The notes below the pieces were generated by a model. It did not search any database and was not told the DNA's origin. It was given only the letters and a program-made list of their open reading frames with translations. Below, piece after piece: positions 30,080-39,474 of a DNA stretch of 64,000 bases (position 1 is the first letter of the stretch; each line of letters starts with the position of its first letter). A program made the position numbers and the translations under genes. The stretch is taken from NCBI GenBank assembly GCA_965217775.1, contig CBDCJH010000002.1, positions 3,040,001 through 3,104,000 on the forward strand, given 5' to 3'. Source of the DNA: Acidobacteriota bacterium (GTDB lineage Bacteria; Acidobacteriota; UBA6911; RPQK01; JAJDTT01).

Positions 30080-30162
30080 GCCCGGAGAACCCGCGGCCCG
30101 TCCCACGTCGATCGGGCCCGTGTCTCGCTACCGCCGTCAGGCGGGACGATCACGAAGACCGG

Positions 30163-30660
30163 CTATTGCAAGGCACCGGCAAGGTAGAGGTTGCCAAAGT
30201 GCCAGATCACCGTCGTCTTGCCCTCCAGCTTGCCGTGGCCCGGCGCCAGGTCGAAGGCGACGTGGTGGGCAGTGCCCTCCGAGTCGGAGAAACTGGAATC
30301 GAGGCGGATCACTTTGGATTTGTCCGGCATCATTCCACGGGCCGGCTTGCCCGGATAGAGCGCCAGGGTCCAATCGCCGGCGTTCCTGACGGCGCCGATG
30401 GTGTAGTCTCCCGCCTGAATCATGGTGGACCCGGAAGCGGTGCCGCCTGACAGGGAGAGGACGGCCCGGCTGGGGATGAAGTCCCCGACCTGGACCTTCT
30501 TCACGTGCTCCATGTTGGCCGGCACGGTGTAGTACGTGATGCTGGCCTCGACCTTGCTGGGAAGCGTGGCCTTCACCATCTTGTTGAGGTGGGGGTGGGA
30601 CAGAAGCGTCGCCGAAGCCCCCAGAAACAATGCGATTGTCAGCGAATACCGAATCTTCAC
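30163..30660 (-). CDS. Exported protein, DUF2911-like
   Basis: Signal peptide; SITY and IQAGDYTI...DWTL pattern; AAGGAGG upstream of the GTG start. Confidence 0.55.
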   Translation of the reverse strand: MKIRYSLTIALFLGASATLLSHPHLNKMVKATLPSKVEASITYYTVPANMEHVKKVQVGDFIPSRAVLSLSGGTASGSTMIQAGDYTIGAVRNAGDWTLALYPGKPARGMMPDKSKVIRLDSSFSDSEGTAHHVAFDLAPGHGKLEGKTTVIWHFGNLYLAGALQ

Positions 30661-30807
30661 GGCGTCCCTCCTTGGTAAATGGATTTCGGGTCAGACCAGG
30701 GAATAGTACGTCCTTTCCCGGATAGCGGCAAGCTGGATGGGAAGCGTTCCAGGCATCGTAGTAAACTGTGCGGCTGGTATCGAAGCAGTGCCGAAGGGAG
30801 GCAGGAG

Positions 30808-31620
30808 ATGGGCGAGTTGAACGGCAAGGTGGCCATCATCACCGGAGCCGGCCGCCTCCGGAGCATCGGATTCGAAACCTCCATGGCCCTGGCCCGTTTG
30901 GGGGCCGACATCGTGGTCACCGGCACCGGCCGAGACCCGGACACCTTTCCGCCCGATGAGCGGAGACTGGGGTGGAGGGACGTGGAGAGCACCGCGGAGC
31001 GGGTGCGCGAGCTGGGGAGAGAGGCCCTCCCCCTGGTGGTCGACGTGACCCGCGTGGAGCAGGTGGACAGGATGGTCAGCCGTACCCTGGAGGAGTTCGG
31101 CCGGGTGGACATCCTGATCAACAACGCGGCCATGCCCATCGGCCGAGACCGCGTCGCTACCGCCGAGTTGGACCCGGATGTCTTCCAGAGGGTGCTGGAC
31201 GTCAAGGTCCGGGGCACCTACCTCTGCGCCCGGGCGGTGATCCCGTCGTTGATCCGGCAGGGAGACGGAGGAAAGATCGTGAACGTGGCCTCCTCGGCCG
31301 GAAAGCGGGGAGCCGCCGAAGCCCTGGCCTACTGCGCCGCCAATTTCGCCCAGGTCGGCATGACCCAGTCGCTGGCGCACGAGCTGGGGCCGCACCGAGT
31401 CAACGTCAACTGCATCTGCCCCGCCGCCGTGGACACGTCACGCATGGACCGGTTCGGCCGGGGAGCACAGTGGAAAAAGATGGGCGAGTCACACCCCATC
31501 GGACGCACCGGGACCCGGGAAGAAGTGGCGGCGTTCATCGCCTACCTGTGCACCGAGGCGGCTTCCTGGATCCATGGCCAGTCCATCAACATCGACGGCG
31601 GAATGGTCATGGAGCACTGA
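30808..31620 (+). CDS. SDR-family oxidoreductase
   Basis: Start ATG 30808 (AGGAG); GKVAIITGAG, DILINNA, VASSAG, YCAAN (atypical YxxxN), VNCICP. Confidence 0.88.
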   Translation: MGELNGKVAIITGAGRLRSIGFETSMALARLGADIVVTGTGRDPDTFPPDERRLGWRDVESTAERVRELGREALPLVVDVTRVEQVDRMVSRTLEEFGRVDILINNAAMPIGRDRVATAELDPDVFQRVLDVKVRGTYLCARAVIPSLIRQGDGGKIVNVASSAGKRGAAEALAYCAANFAQVGMTQSLAHELGPHRVNVNCICPAAVDTSRMDRFGRGAQWKKMGESHPIGRTGTREEVAAFIAYLCTEAASWIHGQSINIDGGMVMEH

Positions 31621-31701
31621 GGAATCCCCCGCCGCCGGGCCGTAGGTGCCCTCTCTGACGGTTCCAATCGAAGGATGTGGCTCAGCGGGGAGAAGAATGG
31701 G

Positions 31702-32895
31702 TCAACCGTCTTCGAATCTTTCGCTGAACCGGCCCGATTCGGGATCCTTGAGGATGAGCTTCAGGCGTCCGTCCGGCATTCGTTCCCGCTTTACGACGAG
31801 ATTCCCTCCGAACGTCTCGGCCGCCGCGCCGGTCGACGGGGCCTCGAGACTTCCGCGCCAGGGATCCGGATCGACGGGCTCCCAGCGTTTGGACTCGGCG
31901 GAGCGGTAGCAGGCGTCGATGACCGCGTTGACCACATAGCCGTCATAGAAGGATTCGCGCGGGGACTGTCCGGCCTCCATGGACCGGAACATGTCCTCGA
32001 ACATGCGGCCGAACCCCAACTCCTCCACCTCGTCTCCCACGGGAAACGTCCACCCCGCCTCGGCCTCCGCCTTTTCCGCCACGTAGCCGGCCCCTCCCGT
32101 CGAAGAGTAGACCTCGAACCCCGTCCTCAGGAAGTGATTGAGCCAGATGGTCCCCTCGGTTCCCGAGACTTCGTCTCTCAGGTCCATTCCTCCCCGAAAG
32201 GTCCAGCTCACCTCGAACTGCCCCAGCGCTCCGCCGTCGAACCGGATGAGCGTCACCGAGTTGTCTTCGCTATCCACCGGATGGGCCAGGGTGTCGGCCC
32301 AACACAGGACCTCCCTGGGGTAGACCTCCTTGCCCACGAAACTGCGGATGATCTCGATGCAGTGGCAGCCCAGATCGACGATGGCGCCGCCGCCGGCCTG
32401 GGCGCGGTCCCAGAACCAGGCGCTGTGGGGCCCCGAGTGAGCCTCCCGGGAACGGACCCAGAGAATCCGGCCCAGGGCGCCCGACCGCACCGTTTCCACG
32501 GCCTTCAACGTCTTGGGGGTGTAGACCAGATCTTCCAGGTATCCGGCAAAGACGCCCGCCTGCTCCACCGCCTCCAGCATACGCCGGGCTTCGGCGCCGG
32601 TCCGAGCCAGGGGCTTGGTGCACAGGACCGCTTTTCCGGCACGGGCGGCCAACTCCACCGCTTTCAGGTGCAGGTCATTGGGAAGCCCGACCACCACGAC
32701 CTCGGTCTGAGAATCGCCGACGGCTTCCTCCAGGTCCGCGGTCCATCGGGGAATGTCCCACCGGCGCGCGAAGTCCCGCGCCCGCTGCAAAGTTCGGGAA
32801 TAGACCGCCAGGACCTGTTCCCGGCCTCTTCGCTGCAGCGCCTGCGTGTAGAACCCGCCGATGAGACCGGTCCCCAGCATCGTGATGCCCCTCAT
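31702..32895 (-). CDS. Gfo/Idh/MocA-family oxidoreductase
   Basis: Start ATG 32895 (ATGA overlap); [30 protein letters not shown]. Confidence 0.88.
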   Translation of the reverse strand: MRGITMLGTGLIGGFYTQALQRRGREQVLAVYSRTLQRARDFARRWDIPRWTADLEEAVGDSQTEVVVVGLPNDLHLKAVELAARAGKAVLCTKPLARTGAEARRMLEAVEQAGVFAGYLEDLVYTPKTLKAVETVRSGALGRILWVRSREAHSGPHSAWFWDRAQAGGGAIVDLGCHCIEIIRSFVGKEVYPREVLCWADTLAHPVDSEDNSVTLIRFDGGALGQFEVSWTFRGGMDLRDEVSGTEGTIWLNHFLRTGFEVYSSTGGAGYVAEKAEAEAGWTFPVGDEVEELGFGRMFEDMFRSMEAGQSPRESFYDGYVVNAVIDACYRSAESKRWEPVDPDPWRGSLEAPSTGAAAETFGGNLVVKRERMPDGRLKLILKDPESGRFSERFEDG

Positions 32896-33938
32896 GGCTG
32901 GGTCTCCCCTTCTGTGGCTTCCCGTTCCCCGCCGCCGGGTGGCACCGGCTTGGCCGCAAGTGCCCGAGCCCGCCGCAGAATGCCTTTCAATCGGTCGGAG
33001 TCCGGCCAATCCGGATGATAGTGGAGGAACTCGGCCAGCTCTCGAGCGGTCGCGGCATACTCCTTCCGGTACCAGTAGATGTCCGCCAGGATCAACTGGG
33101 GGCCGGAATGGTGCCGGGGGGCCAGTTGTTTCGCCCGCTTGAGATGTTTGATCGCATCGCCGTGACGCCCCAGTCGATAATAGGAACTTCCCAACTGGGC
33201 ATGAGCCAGAGGATCCTTTTCCTTCATCCGAACGGCCCGAAGGTTCATGGCCAGCGCCTTGTTCGTCTGGTTCAGCTCCAGTAGTGCCGCGCCCAGATTG
33301 ACCACCGGCGGATAGGATTCCGGAGCGTGTTTGAGGGCTTGGCGGAAACAATACTCCGCCCGGGGAAAATCCCGAGAGACATAGGCGATGGTTCCCAAGC
33401 GGTTCCACGCCTCCGCGTATCTGGAATCGATCTCGACTGCCTTCTCCAATTCTTTGACCGCCTCGGCCGACTCTCCTTTCTCCAGTTTCTTCAACGCCTT
33501 CCGGTACGCCTTCACGGCCTTGGAGTCCACCGACAGGCGCGTCGCCGTAACCGTGGCCATGGGCTCGGCCAACGCGGTGGGTTCGAACACGAAAGTGGCC
33601 TCGATTCGTCCCTTCTTGTCGGCGAAGGCGGGCCCGATGTCCACGGTACGGTTCATCTCGCCCCTACCCGGAACCAGGATCGCCATCTTGTAGGAAGACT
33701 GGGGCAGCTTCTTGATCCGAAACTTTCCATCCCAGCCGGCTTGAACCTTTCGTCTCAAGGGAAACTGGACCGCCTCCAGGATCACCAACGGAGAGTTTCC
33801 ACGAAAGGATCCTCCGTCCGGCAGCACGATTCGGCCCCGGAGCTCGTATTGCCCCTTGCGAGGCACCTTCGGCGATGCGGCCTGGAGGGTAGACGGGACC
33901 AGGCCTGAGAGAATCAACAAAACCAGGACAGGAGTCAT
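32892..33938 (-). CDS. Exported protein with N-terminal beta-sandwich and TPR repeats
   Basis: Start ATG 33938 with signal peptide; [13 protein letters not shown] domain; TPRs ([21 protein letters not shown]). Confidence 0.8.
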   Translation of the reverse strand: MTPVLVLLILSGLVPSTLQAASPKVPRKGQYELRGRIVLPDGGSFRGNSPLVILEAVQFPLRRKVQAGWDGKFRIKKLPQSSYKMAILVPGRGEMNRTVDIGPAFADKKGRIEATFVFEPTALAEPMATVTATRLSVDSKAVKAYRKALKKLEKGESAEAVKELEKAVEIDSRYAEAWNRLGTIAYVSRDFPRAEYCFRQALKHAPESYPPVVNLGAALLELNQTNKALAMNLRAVRMKEKDPLAHAQLGSSYYRLGRHGDAIKHLKRAKQLAPRHHSGPQLILADIYWYRKEYAATARELAEFLHYHPDWPDSDRLKGILRRARALAAKPVPPGGGEREATEGETQP

Positions 33939-33945
33939 GGAACCC

Positions 33946-34482
33946 CTATCGAATGATCCGGGCCATAACCAGAGCCGCCAGAAATCCACCGGCGAGCAAG
34001 TCGAAAAATACCGTCAGGATGTACCCCGTGGAGAAATGCCACCAGTTCCAATTGGGAAGATGACACAGCATGCCGGCGGTCAAGAGCAGGAGGACCACGA
34101 AACCGACCCGTCCCCAGTAGCTGCTGCCTCCGACCCTGGCCAGAAGCAGGGAAATGAGGAACGCAGCCAGGACCTGGATGCCCAATTGAGTCAACAGGGG
34201 CCGGACCATCGACGCCGTTCCCCCGGGCTGGAAGACGACGAAGGCGAAGGGACCCCGCGCCATCTTTTCCACGGCTGCTTCGTCCTGACCGCCTGGATAA
34301 ACGTAGATGCCCGACTGGGGAGCATTCTGCGTCAGGACCGAAGCGACAGCGTCCTCGTCCTGGAATTGTCCGAAGACCGCTTGGTGCCAGGGGAGTGCCA
34401 TCCAGTAGACGACCCCCCAGAGGAACAGCACGCCTCCACCGGCCAGAGCACCTTTGACTATCGCACGATTGATTCGACTCAT
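33946..34482 (-). CDS. Hypothetical integral membrane protein
   Basis: Start ATG 34482 with AAGGAG; about four hydrophobic segments; SGIYVYP and PNWNWWHF motifs. Confidence 0.7.
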   Translation of the reverse strand: MSRINRAIVKGALAGGGVLFLWGVVYWMALPWHQAVFGQFQDEDAVASVLTQNAPQSGIYVYPGGQDEAAVEKMARGPFAFVVFQPGGTASMVRPLLTQLGIQVLAAFLISLLLARVGGSSYWGRVGFVVLLLLTAGMLCHLPNWNWWHFSTGYILTVFFDLLAGGFLAALVMARIIR

Positions 34483-34594
34483 GGTTCGTTCTCCTTGAGA
34501 AAACAACCGACGAGAGTCTCGGGACTCTTGCGCCCTAAGACGAACGCGCCACGGCGTTCGAAACGTGCGAAGCGCAGACTCCTGATCCAGCTAT

Positions 34595-34752
34595 CAGCCC
34601 GTGGCAAAAGTCGTCACGGCATTCGACCGTCCCTGCATCCCGGCGGACTGCGTTGCGATTCGGTCACATACTCACGGTATGCTCCCTCATCGCGCCTTGT
34701 CCGGCGGGCGCAGGAACGGTCTCGGTGCTCGCGGGACTTTCACCACGGACTG
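34595..34752 (-). mobile_element. 158-bp MITE, copy 2 (inverted relative to copy 1)
   Basis: Reverse complement matches copy 1 with 9 substitutions by manual alignment; CTAT direct repeats at 34591-34594 and 34753-34756. Confidence 0.9.
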
Positions 34753-35799
34753 CTATGAGTCCAGCGTCTGGGTCCGTCCCGTTTCCGCCGCCCGGTAGAG
34801 GCCGAAGATGGTCTTGAGAACGCTCAGGCTCTCCTCGGCGCTCTTGCCCGAATCCCCCGGACCCCGGGCACAATCCACCGCAGCCTGGATGATCCCCAGA
34901 TAGAAGTTCGTCCCCCGGCTGTACGAGAAAGTCCGGATCCCCTGAGGCATTCCCTCGATGGTCGAGTGCCATTCCAGCGGCTGTTGAGCGGTCAGATCGA
35001 ATCGAAGCCAGCCCTTCTCGCCCCAAATCGCCACGTGGCTATGGTATCCGCGGTCCAGATAGTAGCCCGAGTGCATGGTGCCCACCATGCCGCTCTTGTA
35101 GAGGAGGCTGAGCACCGCGGCATCTTCGATGTCCACCGGCTGCCCCCCCACGTTGCTGGTGAAGCCTCCCACCTTGTGAACCCGATCCCCGGTGATGTAC
35201 TGGACCAGGTCGAGCCAGTGGATCCCCAACCAGATCAGGTGACCGCCGCCGGAAAGGGCCTTCTTGGAGACCCAAGAATTCTGGGTCCTGGGCCGGGTCA
35301 ATCGGGTCTGATCCGCTACCAGGTAGACGTCGACACTGAAGAGCTTCCCCAGCATTCCGGCCTGGACCAGTTCCCTGGCCTTCCGGGCTGGGGGAGCGAA
35401 CCGATTGGCCATGGCCAGCATCAGGCACAAGTTCTTGGACGTCGCCAGATCCGCCAGCTTCTGGAAGTCCTCGACCCGGACACAGGAAGGCTTCTCGCAC
35501 ACGACGTGGGCGCCCGACTCCAGAGCAGCCTGGATCCGCCGGGGCGCCATGTGCGCCTCCATGGTCACCAGCACCAGTTGCGGCTTCTCGGCCGCCAACA
35601 TCCTCCGGTAGTTCCGGTAGGTCTTGAGGCCGGGATAGCTTTTTCCGAGGATCTCCCCGGCGTCTTCGAAATGACGTCCGGTGGAATCGGCGATGGCCAC
35701 CTGCTTCACTCCCTGGCAAGTGGCGAACGATCTCATGTAGTAGCTCAGGTGGGGTCCCCGGTGCTTGGTGATGATGCCGACGCGGATGTCTTCGGGCAT
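34753..35799 (-). CDS. Gfo/Idh/MocA-family oxidoreductase (no signal peptide)
   Basis: HVVCEKP, GGGHLIWLGIHWLD, DIEDAA. Confidence 0.88.
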   Translation of the reverse strand: MPEDIRVGIITKHRGPHLSYYMRSFATCQGVKQVAIADSTGRHFEDAGEILGKSYPGLKTYRNYRRMLAAEKPQLVLVTMEAHMAPRRIQAALESGAHVVCEKPSCVRVEDFQKLADLATSKNLCLMLAMANRFAPPARKARELVQAGMLGKLFSVDVYLVADQTRLTRPRTQNSWVSKKALSGGGHLIWLGIHWLDLVQYITGDRVHKVGGFTSNVGGQPVDIEDAAVLSLLYKSGMVGTMHSGYYLDRGYHSHVAIWGEKGWLRFDLTAQQPLEWHSTIEGMPQGIRTFSYSRGTNFYLGIIQAAVDCARGPGDSGKSAEESLSVLKTIFGLYRAAETGRTQTLDS

Positions 35800-35824
35800 G
35801 ACGAAAATCTCCTCTCGGTGTTCT

Positions 35825-36838
35825 CTAATTCAGCTGGACGGCCCGGCCACTCCGGGACGAGGCATAGACCGACGCCACGACCCGCTGAGCGGCCAGTCCG
35901 TCCTGGATGGTGATGGCCGGGTCGCGGCCTTCGGCCAGAGCCGCCGCGAACTCGCTGAGCACCTGAACGTGGGTACTCTCTTCGAACTCGAAACTCTCTT
36001 CACCCCGGCGGGTGGCCAACAACAATCTGCCCCGGGAAAACTTCTCATGCAGCGGTGAGGTCTGAAGGATTCCCTCCGTTCCCAGGATCTCGATCATGGA
36101 CGTGCGGTCTTCGTCCGGGTCCCCGCCGCTCCAGTGGGAGGTGACGACGGCCTGGGCGCCGTTGCTCATGCGCAGGAGCGAGCTGGCCGTATCCTCCACC
36201 GCATAATCGCCGGCCAGGACGTCGGTGAAGGCGGCGACCTCGGTCACGTCGCCCAGGAAGAAGCGCAGCAGGTCGACGGCATGGGTCCCCATATCCATGT
36301 AGGGACCGCCTCCACCCAACGCCGGGTCCTGGCGCCACGCCTCCCGGTTGACCAGGCTCCGGCCCGAGAAGTTGACCCGCGCCGAGGTGACCTGTCCGAT
36401 GGCGCCCGCGTCCAGCAATTCCTTCAGCTTGCGATGCCGGGCGTTGAAGCGCTGGTAGTAGCAGGTCATGAAGGTGATCCCGGTCCGGCGGCAGGCCGCC
36501 TCCATTTCCTCGCCTTCGGCAACGTTCAATGCCAAGGGCTTCTCGCACAGGACATGCCGCCCCGCGGCGGCGGCGGCCAGCGTATCCGGCAGATGACGGG
36601 CCACGGGAGTCGCCACGTAGACGGCTTGGACCTGGGAGTCGGCCAGCAGATCCTCCAGGTTGTCGTAGCCGCGCCGGGCGCCGTGGGTGCGGGCGAATTC
36701 CCTCGCTCCCTGAAGAGTCGTCCGGGTCACCGCCACCAGCTCGCTGTGAGGACACTCCCGCATGGCCGGCGCCATCACCCGGTGCGCGATATCTCCGGCG
36801 CCTATGATGCCCCACCCGAGTTTGGGGATCTCCGACAT
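35825..36838 (-). CDS. Gfo/Idh/MocA-family oxidoreductase
   Basis: C-terminal part of the 1188-aa track ORF, real start ATG 36838; WGIIGAGDIA, AVYVATP, HVLCEKPLA, DMGTHAVD. Confidence 0.9.
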   Translation of the reverse strand: MSEIPKLGWGIIGAGDIAHRVMAPAMRECPHSELVAVTRTTLQGAREFARTHGARRGYDNLEDLLADSQVQAVYVATPVARHLPDTLAAAAAGRHVLCEKPLALNVAEGEEMEAACRRTGITFMTCYYQRFNARHRKLKELLDAGAIGQVTSARVNFSGRSLVNREAWRQDPALGGGGPYMDMGTHAVDLLRFFLGDVTEVAAFTDVLAGDYAVEDTASSLLRMSNGAQAVVTSHWSGGDPDEDRTSMIEILGTEGILQTSPLHEKFSRGRLLLATRRGEESFEFEESTHVQVLSEFAAALAEGRDPAITIQDGLAAQRVVASVYASSRSGRAVQLN

Positions 36839-36870
36839 CGTCCTCTTCTCCTGGACCTCTTGGTTCGCCG

Positions 36871-38031
36871 CTATCCGGAAGAGGCTACCGTCTGGCTGGC
36901 CTCTTCCCGAGCCGCATCGTAGGCGGCGAAGACCACCCTCAACGAATTCAAGCTCTCCCGGGTGGTGATGGGAAAGGGACCCAGGCCGCGAGCGGCATTC
37001 ACCGCCTCTTCCATCATCAGAGTGTAGGTGTTCGGTTCCTGGGAGTAATAGAAGGACTGGGCCTTGCCCGGAGCGTCCGGATGCGTCGAGTACCAGGTCA
37101 TGGGAGGACCGCCGGCCAAGTCGAAATGGAGCCAGCCCTGGGATCCCCAGAACTTGACCAGAGTGCTGTATCCCTTGGGCAGATAGTACCCCGTGTTCAG
37201 GGTCCCCACCGTTCCCTGACTCATTCGATAGGCCAGGACGGCCGAATCCTCCAGATCGACCGGCTGGTCGCCGACCTTCTCGGCGAAGCCGGCGACCTCG
37301 GTGATGGTGTCTCCGGCGATGTAATGCACCAGGTCCAGGTAATGGATTCCATGGTAGATGAGCTTGCCGCCTCCGGCCCGCTCCCGGGACGCCACCCATC
37401 GGGTCCGGTACGAGGGCCTGGTCAGACGGGTGTGATCGGCCACCAGATGGACCGAAGTCCCATAGAGCTTCCCCAGCAGTCCCGATTCCACCAGCTCCCG
37501 GGCCTTCCGGGCCGGGGGACTGATCCGGTTCGTGAGGCCCAGCATCAATTCCAGATTCTTGGATTCGGCCAAGCCGGCTACGTGCTCGAAATCGGCCAGG
37601 CGCACACAGCCGGGCTTGTCCGTCAGCACGTGGGCGCCCCCCTGCAGGACGGCCTCCACTACGGACGGGGTGTGCACCGGCTCCAGCGCCAGCAACACCA
37701 GATGGGGACGGACCTCTCCGATCAGCTTGCGATAGTCCTTGAAGGTTTGGAATTCGGAGGCCCGAGGTCCCAGGTACTCGCGGCCCTTTTCGAAGAATCC
37801 GCCCGATTCGTCGGCGGCGGCGACCATCTCGACTCCGTCCAGGACACCCAGAGCCCGGGTGAACCAACTCAGGTGCTGACCTCCCGGCTCCGTAATGATT
37901 CCAACGCGGATGGACTCCGGGGAGGATTCCGCCGCGGCCGTCCCGGATTGGAGGCCTTGAGCGGCTCCCAACCCCAGCAATCCGCCGCTGGTTGAGAAGG
38001 CGGCCTCCTTGAGAAACTGTCTGCGATCCAT
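36871..38031 (-). CDS. Tat-exported Gfo/Idh/MocA-family oxidoreductase
   Basis: MDRRQFLK twin-arginine signal; HVLTDKP, GGGKLIYHGIHYLD. Confidence 0.88.
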   Translation of the reverse strand: MDRRQFLKEAAFSTSGGLLGLGAAQGLQSGTAAAESSPESIRVGIITEPGGQHLSWFTRALGVLDGVEMVAAADESGGFFEKGREYLGPRASEFQTFKDYRKLIGEVRPHLVLLALEPVHTPSVVEAVLQGGAHVLTDKPGCVRLADFEHVAGLAESKNLELMLGLTNRISPPARKARELVESGLLGKLYGTSVHLVADHTRLTRPSYRTRWVASRERAGGGKLIYHGIHYLDLVHYIAGDTITEVAGFAEKVGDQPVDLEDSAVLAYRMSQGTVGTLNTGYYLPKGYSTLVKFWGSQGWLHFDLAGGPPMTWYSTHPDAPGKAQSFYYSQEPNTYTLMMEEAVNAARGLGPFPITTRESLNSLRVVFAAYDAAREEASQTVASSG

Positions 38032-38194
38032 GCCTCGATTCCTTTCCGCCGGACCTGCGGATCCGGACGCTGGAACTACAGCCTACCAGCCCCTGGAAAA
38101 AGTCGCCACGGCCCGGAACCGATCCCGGAGGGGTGTTCTCTCGCAAGAGTTTCGGGGAACCGGTCATTTGCCGGTCGTGTCCGGCGGCGACATA

Positions 38195-39355
38195 ATGGCG
38201 CTCGAAATGACGGGGATTCAGGTGGCGACCTATGATGGACCCGGGACTCCTCCCCGTATCCGCACGGTCCCGAGACCGGCGACGCCCCGCAAGGCGGCGC
38301 TGATCCGGATCGAGGCCTGCGGCGTCTGCGGAACCGACCTGCACATATTGAAGGGGCATTGGCCCAGGCCTCTCCCCTGGCCCCTGACTCTGGGCCACGA
38401 ATTGGCGGGCGTGATCGAGGAGATCGGGCCGGAACTCGATTCGGACTTCATGGGCGAGCCGTTGGAAGTGGGCGCCCGGGTCATGCTCCCCCCGTTGATG
38501 CCTTGCGGGGAGTGTTACTACTGCGTTCACTATCCGAACCGGGCCAACAAGTGTCTCCGACCCACCTATTACGGACGCTACATCCCCTTCGAGAAGCCCC
38601 CCCATCTCTGGGGAGGTTGGGCCGAGATGGTCTACGTCGACCTGGAGATGTTCCCGGCCACCAAGATCTACCGTCTGCCCGAGCGGATGCCTTCGTTGCG
38701 GGGCACTCTGTCGGAGCCTCTCGCGTGTTGTGTCCGGGCCCTGAACCGGGCCGTCTCGGCGGGCGGATTTCGATCGGGCGACACGGTGGTCATCCAGGGA
38801 TCGGGGCCCATCGGCCTGCTCTGCCTGGTGGCCGCTCAGGAGATGGGGGCCGGACGGGTGGTGGTGGTCGGCGCCCCCGAGAACCCGCGGCTTGCCCTCT
38901 GCCGACGCTTCGGCGCTGCGGCTACCGTTTCGTTGGAAGATCACCCGGAGCCTCGATCCCGCATCGACGCCGTCCGCGCGCTGGCGGGAAGATTCGGAGC
39001 CGACCTGGTGGTGGAAGCCAGCGGGCACCCGTCGGCAGGTCCGGAGGGCATCGAGATGCTTCGAGACGGGGGCACCTACGTCGAGATGGGCCAGTTCACC
39101 GACGCCGGCTCCATCGAAACCAACTGGCATCGCATTTGCTCTAAGGACATCACCATATTGGGGAGCTGGGCCTTCACTGCCAACGACATTCCACTGGGCA
39201 TCCGAATGCTGGACCGGTGTCCGGACCGGTATCCGTGGGAGGCCATGCAGGTTCTCTTCCCCTTCAGCCGGGAGGGGATCATGGCAGCCACGGAAGCCGC
39301 GATCGGGATGCGCTGTGTCAAAGCCACTATCGTGCCCGGGAGCGAGGCGCCGTAG
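38195..39355 (+). CDS. Zinc-dependent medium-chain alcohol dehydrogenase
   Basis: CGVCGTD, GHE, CGECYYC...C structural zinc site, GSGPIG; start 38195 or 38207. Confidence 0.9.
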   Translation: MALEMTGIQVATYDGPGTPPRIRTVPRPATPRKAALIRIEACGVCGTDLHILKGHWPRPLPWPLTLGHELAGVIEEIGPELDSDFMGEPLEVGARVMLPPLMPCGECYYCVHYPNRANKCLRPTYYGRYIPFEKPPHLWGGWAEMVYVDLEMFPATKIYRLPERMPSLRGTLSEPLACCVRALNRAVSAGGFRSGDTVVIQGSGPIGLLCLVAAQEMGAGRVVVVGAPENPRLALCRRFGAAATVSLEDHPEPRSRIDAVRALAGRFGADLVVEASGHPSAGPEGIEMLRDGGTYVEMGQFTDAGSIETNWHRICSKDITILGSWAFTANDIPLGIRMLDRCPDRYPWEAMQVLFPFSREGIMAATEAAIGMRCVKATIVPGSEAP

Positions 39356-39474
39356 GAGCATCTTCTCTTCCGGCTTCCGCCTCCCGTCCAACCCCGCTTG
39401 CCAGAATGCCCGGCGGCGGCGTAATCTCAGTTCAGTGCGATTCCCATGAACCCGCCTTCGAAGGAGACCGGCCC

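Noticed and set aside
35825-39391. 1188-aa minus-strand ORF suggesting a giant fusion
   Set aside because: Only the last 337 aa are a real Gfo/Idh/MocA protein. The upstream part overlaps another Gfo gene in a different frame and the antisense of the Zn-dehydrogenase
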